From NCBI RefSeq assembly GCF_009914755.1, contig NC_060926.1: a stretch of DNA of 64,000 nucleotides. One strand, 5' to 3'. The notes beneath the pieces were generated by a model, which made no database searches, was not told the DNA's origin, and saw nothing but the letters and a program-made list of their open reading frames with translations. The stretch is from the human T2T-CHM13v2.0 reference genome, Homo sapiens. The translations under genes were made by a program, and so were the position numbers. Of this stretch, positions 44,537 to 56,946 are shown in pieces; the first letter of the stretch is position 1, and each line of letters begins with the position of its first letter.

Positions 44537-44653
44537 GTTTTGTTATACTTTAAGTTCTAGGGTACATGTGCACAACGTGCAAGTTTGTTACATATGTACG
44601 TATACATGCCATGTTGGTGTACTGCACCCATTAACTCGTCATTTACATTAGGT
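44537..44653 (-). mobile_element. Short L1PA 3'-end insertion
   Basis: TATACTTTAAGTTCTAGGGTACATGTGCACAAC. TSD AAAATCATGA. Confidence 0.88.
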
Positions 44654-45850
44654 AAAATCATGATATTTTTAAGGACAACAACATGGAAAAATCTTTCTGT
44701 TAGCAGCTAGTAGAAGAATTCATTTAGGAGGATAATGGAAGAAATTTTTCGTAACTGCTCAGAGTAAAAAGTAAAACTCAGAGAACCTAGGTTTGAGAAT
44801 AATGCACACCTACTAATTCAGGACTAGACACATAAATTTGAGAGTTTTTGACATTAAAAGTAGCATTTGAAGTGATGCAACTTATGAATTAGCTCACTGA
44901 GGGATTTAGTATAGACAGAGAATACAGGCACCCCAATGTTAAGAGATCACAACTAAAAAAAATTTAGAAACTCCGCAGAACTGAGAACCAGTAACAAAAG
45001 AGGAAAACCAGGAAAGTATGTTGTCTGAGAGCCAAATGAATAAAGAGATACAAGGAGAGTCATTCAGGTATGATATTAATAAATGCTAAAAGTAAAGCAT
45101 TACATTTCTTTCCAAAAATAGCAAATCCTCCAAACTGAAATAGAGAAAAATTGAAAGATATTACTTGGCATTCATTTATCAGTGACAGAGAAAAAACGGA
45201 AGTTCTAACAATGTTATCTAATAGAGATGTTTTATTCATTTTCATTACGTATATGCTGTGTATGCTACTCCCGAGCATCATATCTTCCTTTTAACATCCA
45301 CAAGAAACAAGCTTTCAAAAAGCACAGCAATTCTCTTGGCAGCATTAATTTTAAAGAGAACCTCTTAAGTTGTTTTACCAGCTGAGACTGACTGACTAAA
45401 CAACCAGTGTCTCCCCTTCAGTCGCCAGTCTTTCCTTAGAAATGCCTGTTTGGCATAACTTTAAGACTCAAGATGGTTTAAGGCGCATCCTGTTTCTTCC
45501 AAAAGGGAATGGACAAAACTCAACATTCACGGAGGGCTTAGAGCAAATTAGAACCGTATACTGTGACCTCCTGGAAGGGAGAGGCTCACCTCCTACAAAG
45601 TAAATGCTCAATAAATATTTTTGATATAACTCTGGAAGAGCTCCATTTGGGGTCGGGGGTGCACCTACTCCAGGGCACCACCCCCTCCAAAATAGCTGCA
45701 TTCCCACAGCCCTCATACTCCGCTCGGAAAAGGGACCGGCGAGCTTGCAGGCATCCGCACAGCGGATAAAAGCAAAGCGGGACGGCGCACCAACCGCATT
45801 CCGGATCCTAAGGTTAAAAGAAAACCCCTTGCCCTCGGGCCAGGGCTCAC

Positions 45851-45925
45851 CTGTCTCGGGAGTGGGGAAGAAGCGCGACTCCCGGCCGCTTTGGAGTAGG
45901 CGTCCCAGCAAAACTCTCGCCTCAT
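45851..45925 (-). CDS. WDPCP: WDPCP (Fritz, planar cell polarity/ciliogenesis effector) coding exon 1, MRREFCWDAYSKAAGSRASSPLPRQ
   Basis: ATG at 45925 (minus), 25 codons matching the recalled WDPCP N-terminus, then the donor CAG|GTGAGC at 45850. No further WDPCP exon was recognised in 1-45,850. Confidence 0.93.
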
Positions 45926-46087
45926 CACCAGACACTACCCCGGGCAGAAGGTTCCTAGGCTAGGTCCTCGGACCCGAGAGGGAGCGACACGCTCGCTTGG
46001 TCTCTTGGGTCTCCAGGACGCCGCCGCCGCCGCCACAGTTTCCTCAGGTGCTACAAAGCAGCCAGGGTGTGCGTGCGCTCCCGCCTC

Positions 46088-46100
46088 GTCGCTTAGCAAC
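46088..46100. promoter_or_regulatory. Candidate RFX X-box GTCGCTTAGCAAC
   Basis: Matches the imperfect palindrome GTYNCY-N-RGCAAC and lies near the 5' end of a ciliary gene. Confidence 0.65.
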
Positions 46101-46483
46101 CTGAGAAGCTGTCCGGTCGTCCCAACTTATCAATTCCCCCGCCCCTCCAGAGTGTCAATCGTTTTTTAAAAGATTTTGTTTCCGGGTCGATCCAGCTTTA
46201 CGCAGCGGAAGGTCTCTTTACCTCCCACGTTTACCCTCATGGGAGGATGCAGTCTCAGTCACGCGCGTGGGGGTGATGTCGCTAAGGGGTGATTCTCCCC
46301 TCCCTAGAGTTACACACGCTCTCTCTCCCGCCAATTGCCGGGCTCCATCAGGCAGGTCCTTTCCTCCTGAGCCCAAACCATCCGTTTGTTGTCGTCCTCC
46401 AATCACAGGGGCTCATCCTCAGGGACTACTTTGCAATCGGCGCAGAGCGCAGTGAGAAGAGCTTGAAAAAAACCTCTGGTATC

Positions 46484-46495
46484 GGGAAGTGTAGT
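46484..46495 (-). promoter_or_regulatory. Second, oppositely oriented SBS-like motif (ACTACACTTCCC)
   Basis: GGGAAGTGTAGT on the plus strand. Confidence 0.6.
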
Positions 46496-46548
46496 TCAAC
46501 ACTTGAAGGAAATGCTTTGGAGATTGCGCCACAACCAGGGCAGCGTAA

Positions 46549-46562
46549 ACTACAGTTCCCAG
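46549..46562 (+). promoter_or_regulatory. ZNF143/THAP11 SBS motif ACTACAGTTCCCAG
   Basis: Near-perfect match to ACTACAnnTCCCA. Confidence 0.75.
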
Positions 46563-46697
46563 AGAGCGCCGCGTCGGGAGCGGAGCCTTTTCTCGCTAAC
46601 ACCGCTCGCCCTCTCCGAGTCAGTTCCGCGGTAGAGGTGACCTGACTCTCTGAGGCTCATTTTGCAGTTGTTGAAATTGTCCCCGCAGTTTTCAATC

Positions 46698-46700
46698 ATG
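46698..46700 (+). CDS. MDH1: MDH1 canonical exon 1 coding part (ATG only)
   Basis: TCAATCATG|GTGAGT: the ATG is followed directly by a consensus donor. Splices in phase 0 to [10 protein letters not shown] of exon 2. Confidence 0.93.
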
Positions 46701-46981
46701 GTGAGTGTGGGCCCCGGGTTCCTGCCCACCTCTGGCCCTCGCGCCCTTGAGTGGGGTTTCTTGCACTTTAGGGACTTTTGGGAGGCAGCTGTGCAAGGCA
46801 CTGTCCTTCGCGCCCTTTGGCAAGCTCGGACTCATCTTCTGGGGATTGCCGCAGTGACCCAGTAATGGGAAGGGATTGATTTCCACCTTGCGGGGTATGG
46901 GGCGCTCTTAGGAGGACTCTGGAGAAGTAGTTGTCCTGGGAGAGGAGCGATCTTAATCCTGCTGCATGACGGGAGGACAAA

Positions 46982-47038
46982 ATGCGACGCTGCAGCTATT
47001 TTCCAAAGGACGTTACGGTGTTTGATAAGGACGATAAG
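46982..47038 (+). CDS. MDH1: MDH1 alternative first coding exon, MRRCSYFPKDVTVFDKDDK
   Basis: 19 codons ending AAG|GTTTGC, phase 0 and compatible with exon 2. Matches the recalled N-terminus of the long MDH1 isoform. Confidence 0.8.
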
Positions 47039-49479
47039 GTTTGCGATGGGAGGGAAAGGTTGGGTCCTAACCCCTTTTTCTCCTCATTTGCCCACAGTGT
47101 TTATAACGGCTTTTGTCACAGGGACCTTGAAAGCAAAAAGCTGGAAAGGTAGTATTTACCAGGTGCTCCAGATTACGATCTGCGTTTGCAGGAGACGTGT
47201 TTCCGCCATATCTAATTTCTCAAAATGTTATTTGGAACCCGTTCATTGACCTTTTTTGTAATGCCAGGATATATTGAAGTGACAGCATCACTAACCAAAT
47301 AACTACTGCAAATATTCTTTATTGAACTGTATATTGTGAATTCCAGAAGCACCTCTCTTAAATGTAACAGAGTAACCATTTTGTCATGGAAGACCTGGGT
47401 AACCTGCATCTCCATCGCTTGTCTCTGCTGAAAGAGAGGGGGAGGGGGAGAGTTGGTGAAGGAACTCTGGCGTAGGAATAATCTGCGTACTGCTTGAAGG
47501 TGACATTTGTCATCAAACTCAGAGAAATCGCTTCATACTATCAATACAATGGCTTGTATTTATAGTTGCGACTGTTTTTCCTACTTTATCTGCAAAATAC
47601 TAAAACGGCTGGAGAATGTGGAGAAATGTTTGAATGAATTGGAAATTTCCCAGAACCTGAAAAGACACGTTTTCAAGGCAAGGGCATTACTCTCTCTGCC
47701 TGTCTAACGGGGCCAGTGGAGACAGCTACTAATTTCCAGTAGGTGTTAAACCTAGGTTTCCTAAATGTTTTGTCACATAATTAGTCATTTAAATTATGGT
47801 TTCGGTAGTTTCTGTCCTAATAACCTTAGCTAGAAAGCAGAGGTACTTATTATCTGATAACCTTGGACTTTTTGCTTTTAGAACTGAATGGGATCTTTTA
47901 AAGGTCATCTTGACGAATCTCCCCACTTCAGATCTTAAAATTGAGTTTATCGAGACCCAGAGAGAATGTGATTTGCTCCAAGAGTCTCACACTCTTGCCA
48001 TTTTTCTATATTGTGTCTTACACTTACCAAGTCTTTCTGAATTTTTATTTTTATAGGGACCACCGCAGTGAGGTCTCGCAGCGGGGGAGAGACAGTGTAC
48101 TCAACTCCCTGAAAACTTATTTTTACTAGCTGAGATTCCGGATGAAGTTACCAGTTCATACTGCATATACAAACTCAAATATGTTATCAGCATGTAGATT
48201 ACTTGATAGCTTTATTCCTTGCCATTCAAAATACTGGAATTGTAGAATTAAAAGGGAATTTGGAGATTATATTATCTACTCTTATAATGTAGTCTGGTGA
48301 GGTCAGATAATTTTCCCAAGGTCACAGAGATTTTGGGCCCCAGATTCTTAGCTAGTTTCCCTAGCAAGGCCCCACCGTTGGAAGGTCACTGGGGTGCCAG
48401 ATAACACAGAGACAGAACATGAGGAAGAATTTGTCTGGCAGTTTGCTGGAACTGACAGCAAACTCACACATGACTCAATTTCCCTGCCCCCTCAGGAGGG
48501 TGTGTGAATGGACAGAGTTAGAAAAGAGCCTTCTTCTGTAAGCTCATTCAAAGCGGAGGATTCTTTGCTTGTTGTCTGTAGGGAGTGACAGCAAAATAAA
48601 CTGTATGAAGGAATCTAAATGGTACTGCTTAGTTTTTTGTGTTATAGAAATACATGTAATTTAGAAATATATATAAATTTGAAAGTGAAAAAGAAATATG
48701 TGGCTCTGTCTGTGGAATAACAGACACTTAAATTCAATCTTTATAGCTGAGAAGTTAGCACAGAGCCTGCATCTGCAGGAAAGTCATTGGTGCCCTGCTA
48801 AGAGCAAAGACGTTCCTTTTTTGGACCTTGGCAGACTGCCCAGATATCTGAGCAAAGAATAGTAACCTATGTTCACACTATAACATTGTGAAAGTCAGCA
48901 GGACTCTCCCACCCTCCTGCTTTTCAACTGCAATGTTGCAGAAGAGCAGAAAGAACCATACATGGACTTTTCTTTCTCTGTTTCATCTTCAGACATTCAA
49001 ACACTAAGCCTCATACTACCATTAATAAGATGGAATTACCTACCTGGGAAAGTAATTTCCCCAAAGACACAGAAGAAAACTGCTGAGGTGGAATTAACTG
49101 TTCATTAGGTGGCCACAACCCCTTCACTAAGGACTGTGATACTGTGAACATGTTTTTAAGTAGCTACTAAAATTGACTGCATTATTCTAACCATATAGGT
49201 GACCTTATGGGAAGTTAAACTTAATAGATAGTGATCTTCACTCTCTTCAGCCCCCCTTTTCTTATCCTAGTTTGCTGTTCATTGAAGTAGTATCTGTTCA
49301 TACTTTATACCCTAACCTTCCTTCATTCAACAAATACTTTTTGTGGAAATGCAAATCCATATCAAAGACAGACTGTTCTCAAGAGCGCTTCATGGCCTAA
49401 TACAGAGCAACAGAAATGTAAATAGAAAACCACAGGCTATTAAAGTCTTTAGAGGAAAATTCTGTGATGATATTTATAA

Positions 49480-49710
49480 ATACTCACTACGTACTGTTCT
49501 TAGTGCTTTGTGTGTTAACTCTTTTAATCCTTAAAACTACTCTGTTTGTTAGGTAATTGCTATTATTATCTCCATTTTACTATGGGGAAATAATACAGAA
49601 AGGTTAAGTAACTTGTCCTAGAGCATGCAGTTAATGAGTTGTGGAGCCAGGACTTGAACACAGAAAGTCTGGCTCCAGAGTCCATCTCTTTAATTACTAC
49701 TCTCTACTGC
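49480..49710 (-). mobile_element. MIR
   Basis: MIR core AGGTTAAGTAACTTGTCC. Confidence 0.75.
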
Positions 49711-50012
49711 TTCTCTAGCCCCCTGTTTTAGAAAATTGGTGTATCCTTTTTGTTTCCTTCACGTGATTCACCAATGGATTCCCTGGCCTAAAATAGTACC
49801 AAGTACATGATAGGAACTTAATGATGTTTTGTTTAATGAATGAATTAAATGAGAAAACAGTTCATCAATGGATTTATAAGGTAATATCATTAGTACTAAT
49901 GACAATTTTGTTAGCTATAGTTGGAACTATTGTGGTCACTAAGTTTCCAGTTTTCTCAATACATAATATATATGAATAAAATACCTTTTGTTTTCATAGT
50001 ATATATGAAAAA

Positions 50013-50303
50013 GTTTTTGTTTGAGACAGGATCTCACTCTGTCACCAAGGCTGAAGTGCACTCACACAGTAATGGCTCACTGTAGCCTTAACTTCCAAGG
50101 CTCAAGTGATTCTCCTACCTCAGCCTCCTGAGTGGCTGGAACTACAGCATCTGCCACCACACCCAGCTAAATTGTTTTTTTAAGAGACAGGGTTTCACTA
50201 TGTAGCCCAGGCTGGTCTCGAACTCCTGGGCTCAAGTGATCCACCCGCCTTGTCCCCCCGCGCAATGCGCTGGGATTGTAGGTGTGAGCCACTGCACTCA
50301 GCC
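50013..50303 (-). mobile_element. AluJ
   Basis: Diverged antisense dimer. Confidence 0.88.
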
Positions 50304-50732
50304 TGAAATAGCTTAAATAAATAAAATATCTTAAAAAATTTTTTAAAGCACGTTACATATGTTTTCAAACAGTTCTTATACATTTCCATCTTTTTGATAG
50401 TTTTACAGGACCCAGCTATTCCTTCAAGCAAATACCAGAGTTCCAACTACAGGACAGGTGTTGTTCTAGGCAATTGAGATACAGCAGTAAATAAAATAGA
50501 CAAAGTTCCTGTCCTTAAGGATCTCGTATTCTAAAGGGAAAGGGAGTAATAATTTCTTCCTGTATTCCCTTTTCCTCACCTACTCTACTTCAAGGAAAGA
50601 AGGGAAAATGACAGAATGAAAAACGTGTAGGCCATTAAAGATTTTTCTATAAATAGTAATAAATTAGAAAAAAAAAATTGTGTAGTATGTAGTTGGCTAT
50701 GATCAAATTCATTTCTCTACACCAGTTGACAC

Positions 50733-51048
50733 TTTTTGGTTTTTTTGTTTGTTGTTTTTTGTTTTTTTTTTGAGAAGGAGTTTCGCTCTTGTTGCCCAGG
50801 CTGGAATACAATGGCACGATCTCCACTCACTCAACCTCTGCCTCCCGGGTTCAAGTGATTCACCTGCCTCAGCCTTCCAAATAGCTGGGAGATGCCTGCC
50901 ACCACACCCAGCTAATTTTGTATTTTTAGTAGAGACGGGGTTTCTCCATATTGGTCAGGCTGGTCTCAAACTCCCAACCTCAGGTGATCCGCCTGCCTCA
51001 GCCTCCCAAAGTGCTGAGATTACAGGCATGAGCCACCATCCCTGGCCT
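50733..51048 (-). mobile_element. AluSp-like
   Basis: GGAGTTTCGCTCTTGTTGCC and TTTCTCCAT. TGACACTT duplicated at the flanks. Confidence 0.9.
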
Positions 51049-52141
51049 GACACTTCTTTTTTGAAATTTTTTTTTTTCTTTGACTTCTATGAGTGAGTAC
51101 CAAATTGCTGAGTGCTGCTAACTTTCAGAGCTTAGTGTCAGAAGCTTGAAAGAAGCCTTCGAGGCTATCCATCCTTGTTTCGTCTCAGAGACGTGACTCT
51201 CATCTGGAAGAAGGAACTTTAAGTAAAAAGAAACCAAACACTTCTGGGCTTAGTCACATCAGTGGACCATTTCTCCATGCAGGTAGGGGTAAAGGTGACA
51301 GTGGAAGTACATTTACCCAGCATTATCGGGGAAAGGAATGGTTCACCTTAACTGAATTTTTCTGTCTAACTAAACCTACCCATTACGTTTCTAAACATTA
51401 TTGTTTTGTTCTTTTTAATAGATATATTTCTATCTTTTAAAATTCTGTCAGCTTAGTCTTTTTTTACTCAGAGTCATCACTTTGAATATCAGTTATCTTT
51501 GTTTCTATGTCTGTATTTTGTTCAGGAACTGTTGAAATCTCTGTTTGTATGTCTTCCCTCCTTGCTTTTAAAAATAATTTTCCCTTGGAATCAGGTTGTC
51601 AGCTGTCTGTCACTACATGTTGCTGTTGTTTCTCCCAAAATAAAAAATCTTGTTTTTCCTCCTCCAGACAAAGTTGAAGCACGATTAATTGTCTTATTTA
51701 AATGTTTTGGCTCAATGTAAATGGAAAGTTTTAGCCTCTTTCACTCTTCTTCTTGGTATGAAGATTCTATTGAGCAGATGGGAGTGGGGGCTTTGCATAA
51801 TAAGGATTTGTGTGGCTCTAGTGGCTGCCAGGGTTTGGATCACCACATACTGAACACATCAACATTGTTGAGCCTATTTTAGTGGTAAAATATCCCAAAA
51901 AAGGTGGATAAGATTATGTAAGTAAATCCAGGATAACACTTTTAGCTCCCTACATGGTGAGAGTTAAATAACACCACGTAAATATGCAGCACATTCATTT
52001 TCTACTGAGCCAGATGCAAAAGGACTTTAAAATTTTACATTCACTTTTAAAGTATGTGGATTTCTTACTATAGATTAAAATCCTGGATATTTTTAAGGTA
52101 CAGTAGTACTTAAAGATGTTAATGGGTCTTTTTCATTACAG

Positions 52142-52240
52142 TCTGAACCAATCAGAGTCCTTGTGACTGGAGCAGCTGGTCAAATTGCATATTCACTGCT
52201 GTACAGTATTGGAAATGGATCTGTCTTTGGTAAAGATCAG
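52142..52240 (+). CDS. MDH1: MDH1 exon 2 ([33 protein letters not shown])
   Basis: Acceptor TTACAG| and donor |GTAGGA. Contains the Rossmann NAD-binding motif VTGAAGQIA. Confidence 0.97.
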
Positions 52241-53076
52241 GTAGGAACAGGTGTCTATAAATCTTAAGTTATTAGAGTAAGAATATGGTTAATAAAAATC
52301 TGTATTTAGTTGTACACAAATTGTTAAACAGTGAAGGAATATGTAATCCCAGTAAATGTAATAGGCACATTGCTATAAATGGAAGCTACTAAGGTATTTA
52401 TATGTACGCCTCCAGGCACTGAAAACACTTTGCAAATGAGAACTCTTCCATATATTGTACTCAGTTGACTTGGTGCAACCAGCAGGTGTCAGTCAATGGG
52501 AGATATCACTAATGACAGTAACTTACAGTCATGTGGGAGAGAGTTACTCAGTAAGCACTCCCTTGTTCATAAATGGCCTTTGGAACCAAAAGAGTAAGGA
52601 AATCTGCTTCCCCGCTGAAGCAGGCACTCCGACTTCCAGCAAGCCTGATTAATATACACTAAAATCCTTTTCTAAGGTATTCATTTATTCAGTTTCTTGA
52701 CCCATGGATACTGAATTATTCTTTCATGTCAGATACTGTACTTAGCTTTCCATGAACTGAAATCAAATATACAGCTATTAACAATAAGAGCAAGCTATAG
52801 CATGTCACTCAGTTTAATGTTTTTTTCATATACTGTTAAAATTGAGTAGTGGTGATTCCTCTCACTGTGTCTGTTAGCAAACCAATGCTGGTTTTATAGC
52901 ATCCTTCTTTCTGAAAGTGGCATAGTGCTAGATACCTGACCTCCTAAAATAATCATCATGACTAATTAATGGGAATTACATGCATGTACATACCAAATAA
53001 AAACTATGTGAAAAGACTTTCTTGTGTCTAAATGAAATAGCCTACACTAACAGATGCTGTCCTTGCTATTTGGTAG

Positions 53077-53173
53077 CCTATAATTCTTGTGCTGTTGGAT
53101 ATCACCCCCATGATGGGTGTCCTGGACGGTGTCCTAATGGAACTGCAAGACTGTGCCCTTCCCCTCCTGAAAG
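53077..53173 (+). CDS. MDH1: MDH1 exon 3 ([32 protein letters not shown])
   Basis: TGGTAG| ... G|GTGGGT; 97 nt, ends in phase 1. Confidence 0.96.
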
Positions 53174-55052
53174 GTGGGTTGGGGAGTAGAGAAGGGATTT
53201 TATGGTATTTGATTTCTTACAAAATACAGGTTTTAGGTTTTTGTTAAAGGCTCTCAATTAGAAATTATTTCATAAGAGGATTTTTTTATTTTGAACTACC
53301 ACTGCTTATTAACTACTTATGTATACCAAGGATAAATAAGGGTAAGAAATGAGCAACAATCAATGTCAGGTAAAGGACTATCCTTTTTTCCCCAATGTGT
53401 GTGTGTATATAATTTATTATACCAGTTAAGTGTAATATTGCACAAGGGTTATACACCTGAAATTGTCTACACACACACACATTATAGACAACGTAGGAAT
53501 TGTCTACATTGTGTTGTTATGGAGTCTGCTTAACTGGTAATAGTAGCATCCTGTAATGGAAAACTTTCTCAGTTTTGAAGGATGTCCTTCATAGCTATAC
53601 ATTGCTCTGGAAGTTGGTTGGTTCCTCTTACACGGTCCCCATCCCATCTACCAATCATCAGGTTGAGACATAGTGTAAATTGTCCTTACCATATGCTCTA
53701 TAGTTTGAAAAAACCCAGAAGAGCTCAGCTAAGGGCCTTTGCAAATCATTGAACTATAACACAGATATAATAAGGAAGCCTTAAATTTGATCGAAAAGTT
53801 TATTAAAATATTCTAAATTAATTTAAATATTTTTCTTCAGCTATTTCTTCATCATAGTCTTTCTTTTGGTAAGGATTAATTAATGATACTCTCCTAGAAG
53901 TTTGCACAAAGCAAAATAATACATACCTTCCAAGAAAAACTTTCCTTAAAATTCTTCATCTGTTGAATAAACATTTGCTAGAAGGGATACTCTGCCATCT
54001 AAGTCTTTTGGTTGCAAAGTTCTGTGGAAGAATACATGACTGCCCACACTATTCTGTTGGTTCCCTTTTCTCACCCACAGCTCTTTCCAAATCAGCTTTG
54101 CTGCTTTTTCCCATTTGTATTCCTTTCTCTGCTGAGTTCCCTGTGCTTTTTCTCTAAAGGGCCCAGATTGCTGTTGGTTTGTCCTCTGCCAGATATGAAT
54201 ATGACAGGGAAGGGAAAGTTCAGCAAATAAGGACATGTGACTGGGAAAGAGGAAGATAATTTTTTTTTCTCCAACTGGTGTTCCTGTCTATGCCCATTTT
54301 CAGACTTATGGCAGCCTTGACTATGATGCAACTAGCCAATTTTCCAGTGAAAATGCTGAATGTTGGTCATAGCTTTTTTAATACAATCAACAAAGAAGTG
54401 CGATGACTTATGTTCTTTAGTCAAAAAGCAAGTGATGTTTGCTTATTGTACTAGCACTGGAGCATAGTGGTTGAACTCTGGACCAACCTAGGCTGGAATT
54501 ACAGCTCCATTATCTTTTGATGGTGGCGAGTTAATCTCTTTAAACCTCAGTGTCTCCATCTATAAAATGTGAAGATTAAATTTGATAGTAATATAAATCT
54601 CTTAGCATTATCCTGGCACAAAACTCCTCAATAAACATTTATTATTTTTAAATTTGTGATTGGTGTCTTAGACCTTAAAGTAATTGTAATTTAAAGGTTA
54701 GGTGAATTAGTTGCTCTTTTGTGTTGTGTGGTAATTAGTGTGAATAACAAGTGTCACTTCAAAAGTCATCATTATACCTTGCATCATATATGATTATAAA
54801 AGATAAAAGCTATGGAGTTTTGACATTTAAGTAATTATTGAAACAGGAAAAGCAAAATAAATCTATTGACATTTCTAATGTTATGATTGTTAAATTAATA
54901 TATTATCTTTCTCAGGCTCCTGAAATGTATATCAGTGTGATATGTAAACACTTGCAACAAGTGAAAGAATTAATGGGTAGATTCAATATGAAAAAGAAAA
55001 CTTCAAACTTTGATGTTTAAGTAGCTCTGCGTATTTATTGCCATGTCCACAG

Positions 55053-55228
55053 ATGTCATCGCAACAGATAAAGAAGACGTTGCCTTCAAAGACCTGGATG
55101 TGGCCATTCTTGTGGGCTCCATGCCAAGAAGGGAAGGCATGGAGAGAAAAGATTTACTGAAAGCAAATGTGAAAATCTTCAAATCCCAGGGTGCAGCCTT
55201 AGATAAATACGCCAAGAAGTCAGTTAAG
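55053..55228 (+). CDS. MDH1: MDH1 exon 4 ([59 protein letters not shown])
   Basis: CCACAG| ... AAG|GTGACC; 176 nt. Contains the substrate loop PRREGMER. Confidence 0.97.
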
Positions 55229-55735
55229 GTGACCAATGCTGTATTTTATGGGATTTTTCATTATTAGCATTTGAAACTTATGCTTTTAGCATTTAAGCAA
55301 AACCAAAATTATTTGCCCTTTTTTCTAGTTCTGTACAATCATCAGTAAATACGGCTCTAGAGTTTTGCTTGATAAGCTCTCCCTTTCTGGGTTTTTTCTT
55401 ACAGTATAGAAATCTATATTCAGAGTGCTCAAAAATATTTTTCCTATTAGTATAACGTGAAAATTTAGTATTAGTTCTTAAACATATAGAGAAGGCACAG
55501 GATCTTCTGGTGCATTTTTGCTGCGTGGGAATATTTATTTAGACATTTAAATTTGTGTGTGATTGTGAAAGGAGATAGCTAGCTGTAAGGTAAGTTTATT
55601 CTCAGGAATAGAAGATAGTGGTTTCTGAATGCTCAGATTTTCTTAATGCAGAGGAATTTTAATATGCTTGTCTCTTGAAGAATTGAGTCAGTATGACTTA
55701 TAGTTCTCTCTTTGTGTTCAAACTATTTACTTTAG

Positions 55736-56082
<347 letters not shown>

Positions 56083-56823
56083 AAACCTTCTTTTATTAGT
56101 GAACTATCAATTAACTAGAACTTAATTGTCACCCAGCAAATAGGCTTGCCGGTTAAAGGTTTAACTGATTTCCATATACTTTCCTATCTTTCAAAAAAAG
56201 GTGAAAGAAAATTTTTTAAGATTTTTTAAGTTGCCCATTATAATGTTCTATCAATAACATTTCATAGATATCTGCATTTTTTGCTTTCTGTGCACTTCAT
56301 TTTAAATAGTTAACTTATTTTCTGTCATCACAGAAAATAGTATAAATGAGTTTAATAGAAATCCACAGGTGCCAGTAAAAGATTAGAAGATTGTTCAGAC
56401 TGCTAAATTGCAGGCTATTTGGAGGTAAAGTACTCCTTGCACAGTAATTCCACCTCTTCAAAGCGTCCTTGTTCGTGAGAAATATTTGCCAGCACTGCAC
56501 TACTTAGAGACAATGAAGTATCTTGTCTACAGCTTGTCAAAAGAGGTACCAAAAAAAAAAAAAAAAAAGATATATGGGAGTCAGTCTCTGTAATATGGTT
56601 GTAACTTTTCTATAAATCTGATATTATTTCAAAATTTTTTATTACCATTTTATAAAAGATTTTTATAACTTAAAATGCATTTTCCTATGCTATATTGTAT
56701 TTGGTGTTTCCCAAGCCTCCCCTGTACAAAGGCTACCTGTTAGACATTTTCAGTCAAATTTTAACATAGATTAGTTAGTAACTATATAGTCTGTAACTCT
56801 TCAGTGCCTTCCATTCCTCCTAG

Positions 56824-56946
56824 GTTATTGTTGTGGGTAATCCAGCCAATACCAACTGCCTGACTGCTTCCAAGTCAGCTCCATCCATCCCCAAGGAGAA
56901 CTTCAGTTGCTTGACTCGTTTGGATCACAACCGAGCTAAAGCTCAA
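56824..56946 (+). CDS. MDH1: MDH1 exon 5 ([41 protein letters not shown])
   Basis: TCCTAG| ... CAA|GTAAGA; contains VGNPAN and the [11 protein letters not shown] active-site signature. Confidence 0.97.

Larger units (their letters stand above)
45700..46830. promoter_or_regulatory. CpG island / bidirectional promoter of WDPCP and MDH1
   Basis: Abrupt GC- and CpG-rich block in AT-rich surroundings. The divergent start codons are 773 bp apart. CCAAT at 46331 and 46399. Confidence 0.92.

Noticed and set aside
45468-46645. 155-aa and 118-aa ORFs in the CpG island
   Set aside because: GC-rich sequence lacks stops by chance. There is no recognisable homology, and the real WDPCP frame leaves at the 45850 donor.
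46636-46645. AGGTGACCTG as a nuclear-receptor (ERR-like) site near the MDH1 start
   Set aside because: Imperfect half-site match, too common to support without binding data.
53462-53510. Small TTGTCTA / TAGACAA inverted repeats around a (CA)n
   Set aside because: The stem is only about 7 bp, too short to support a miRNA or structured-RNA call.
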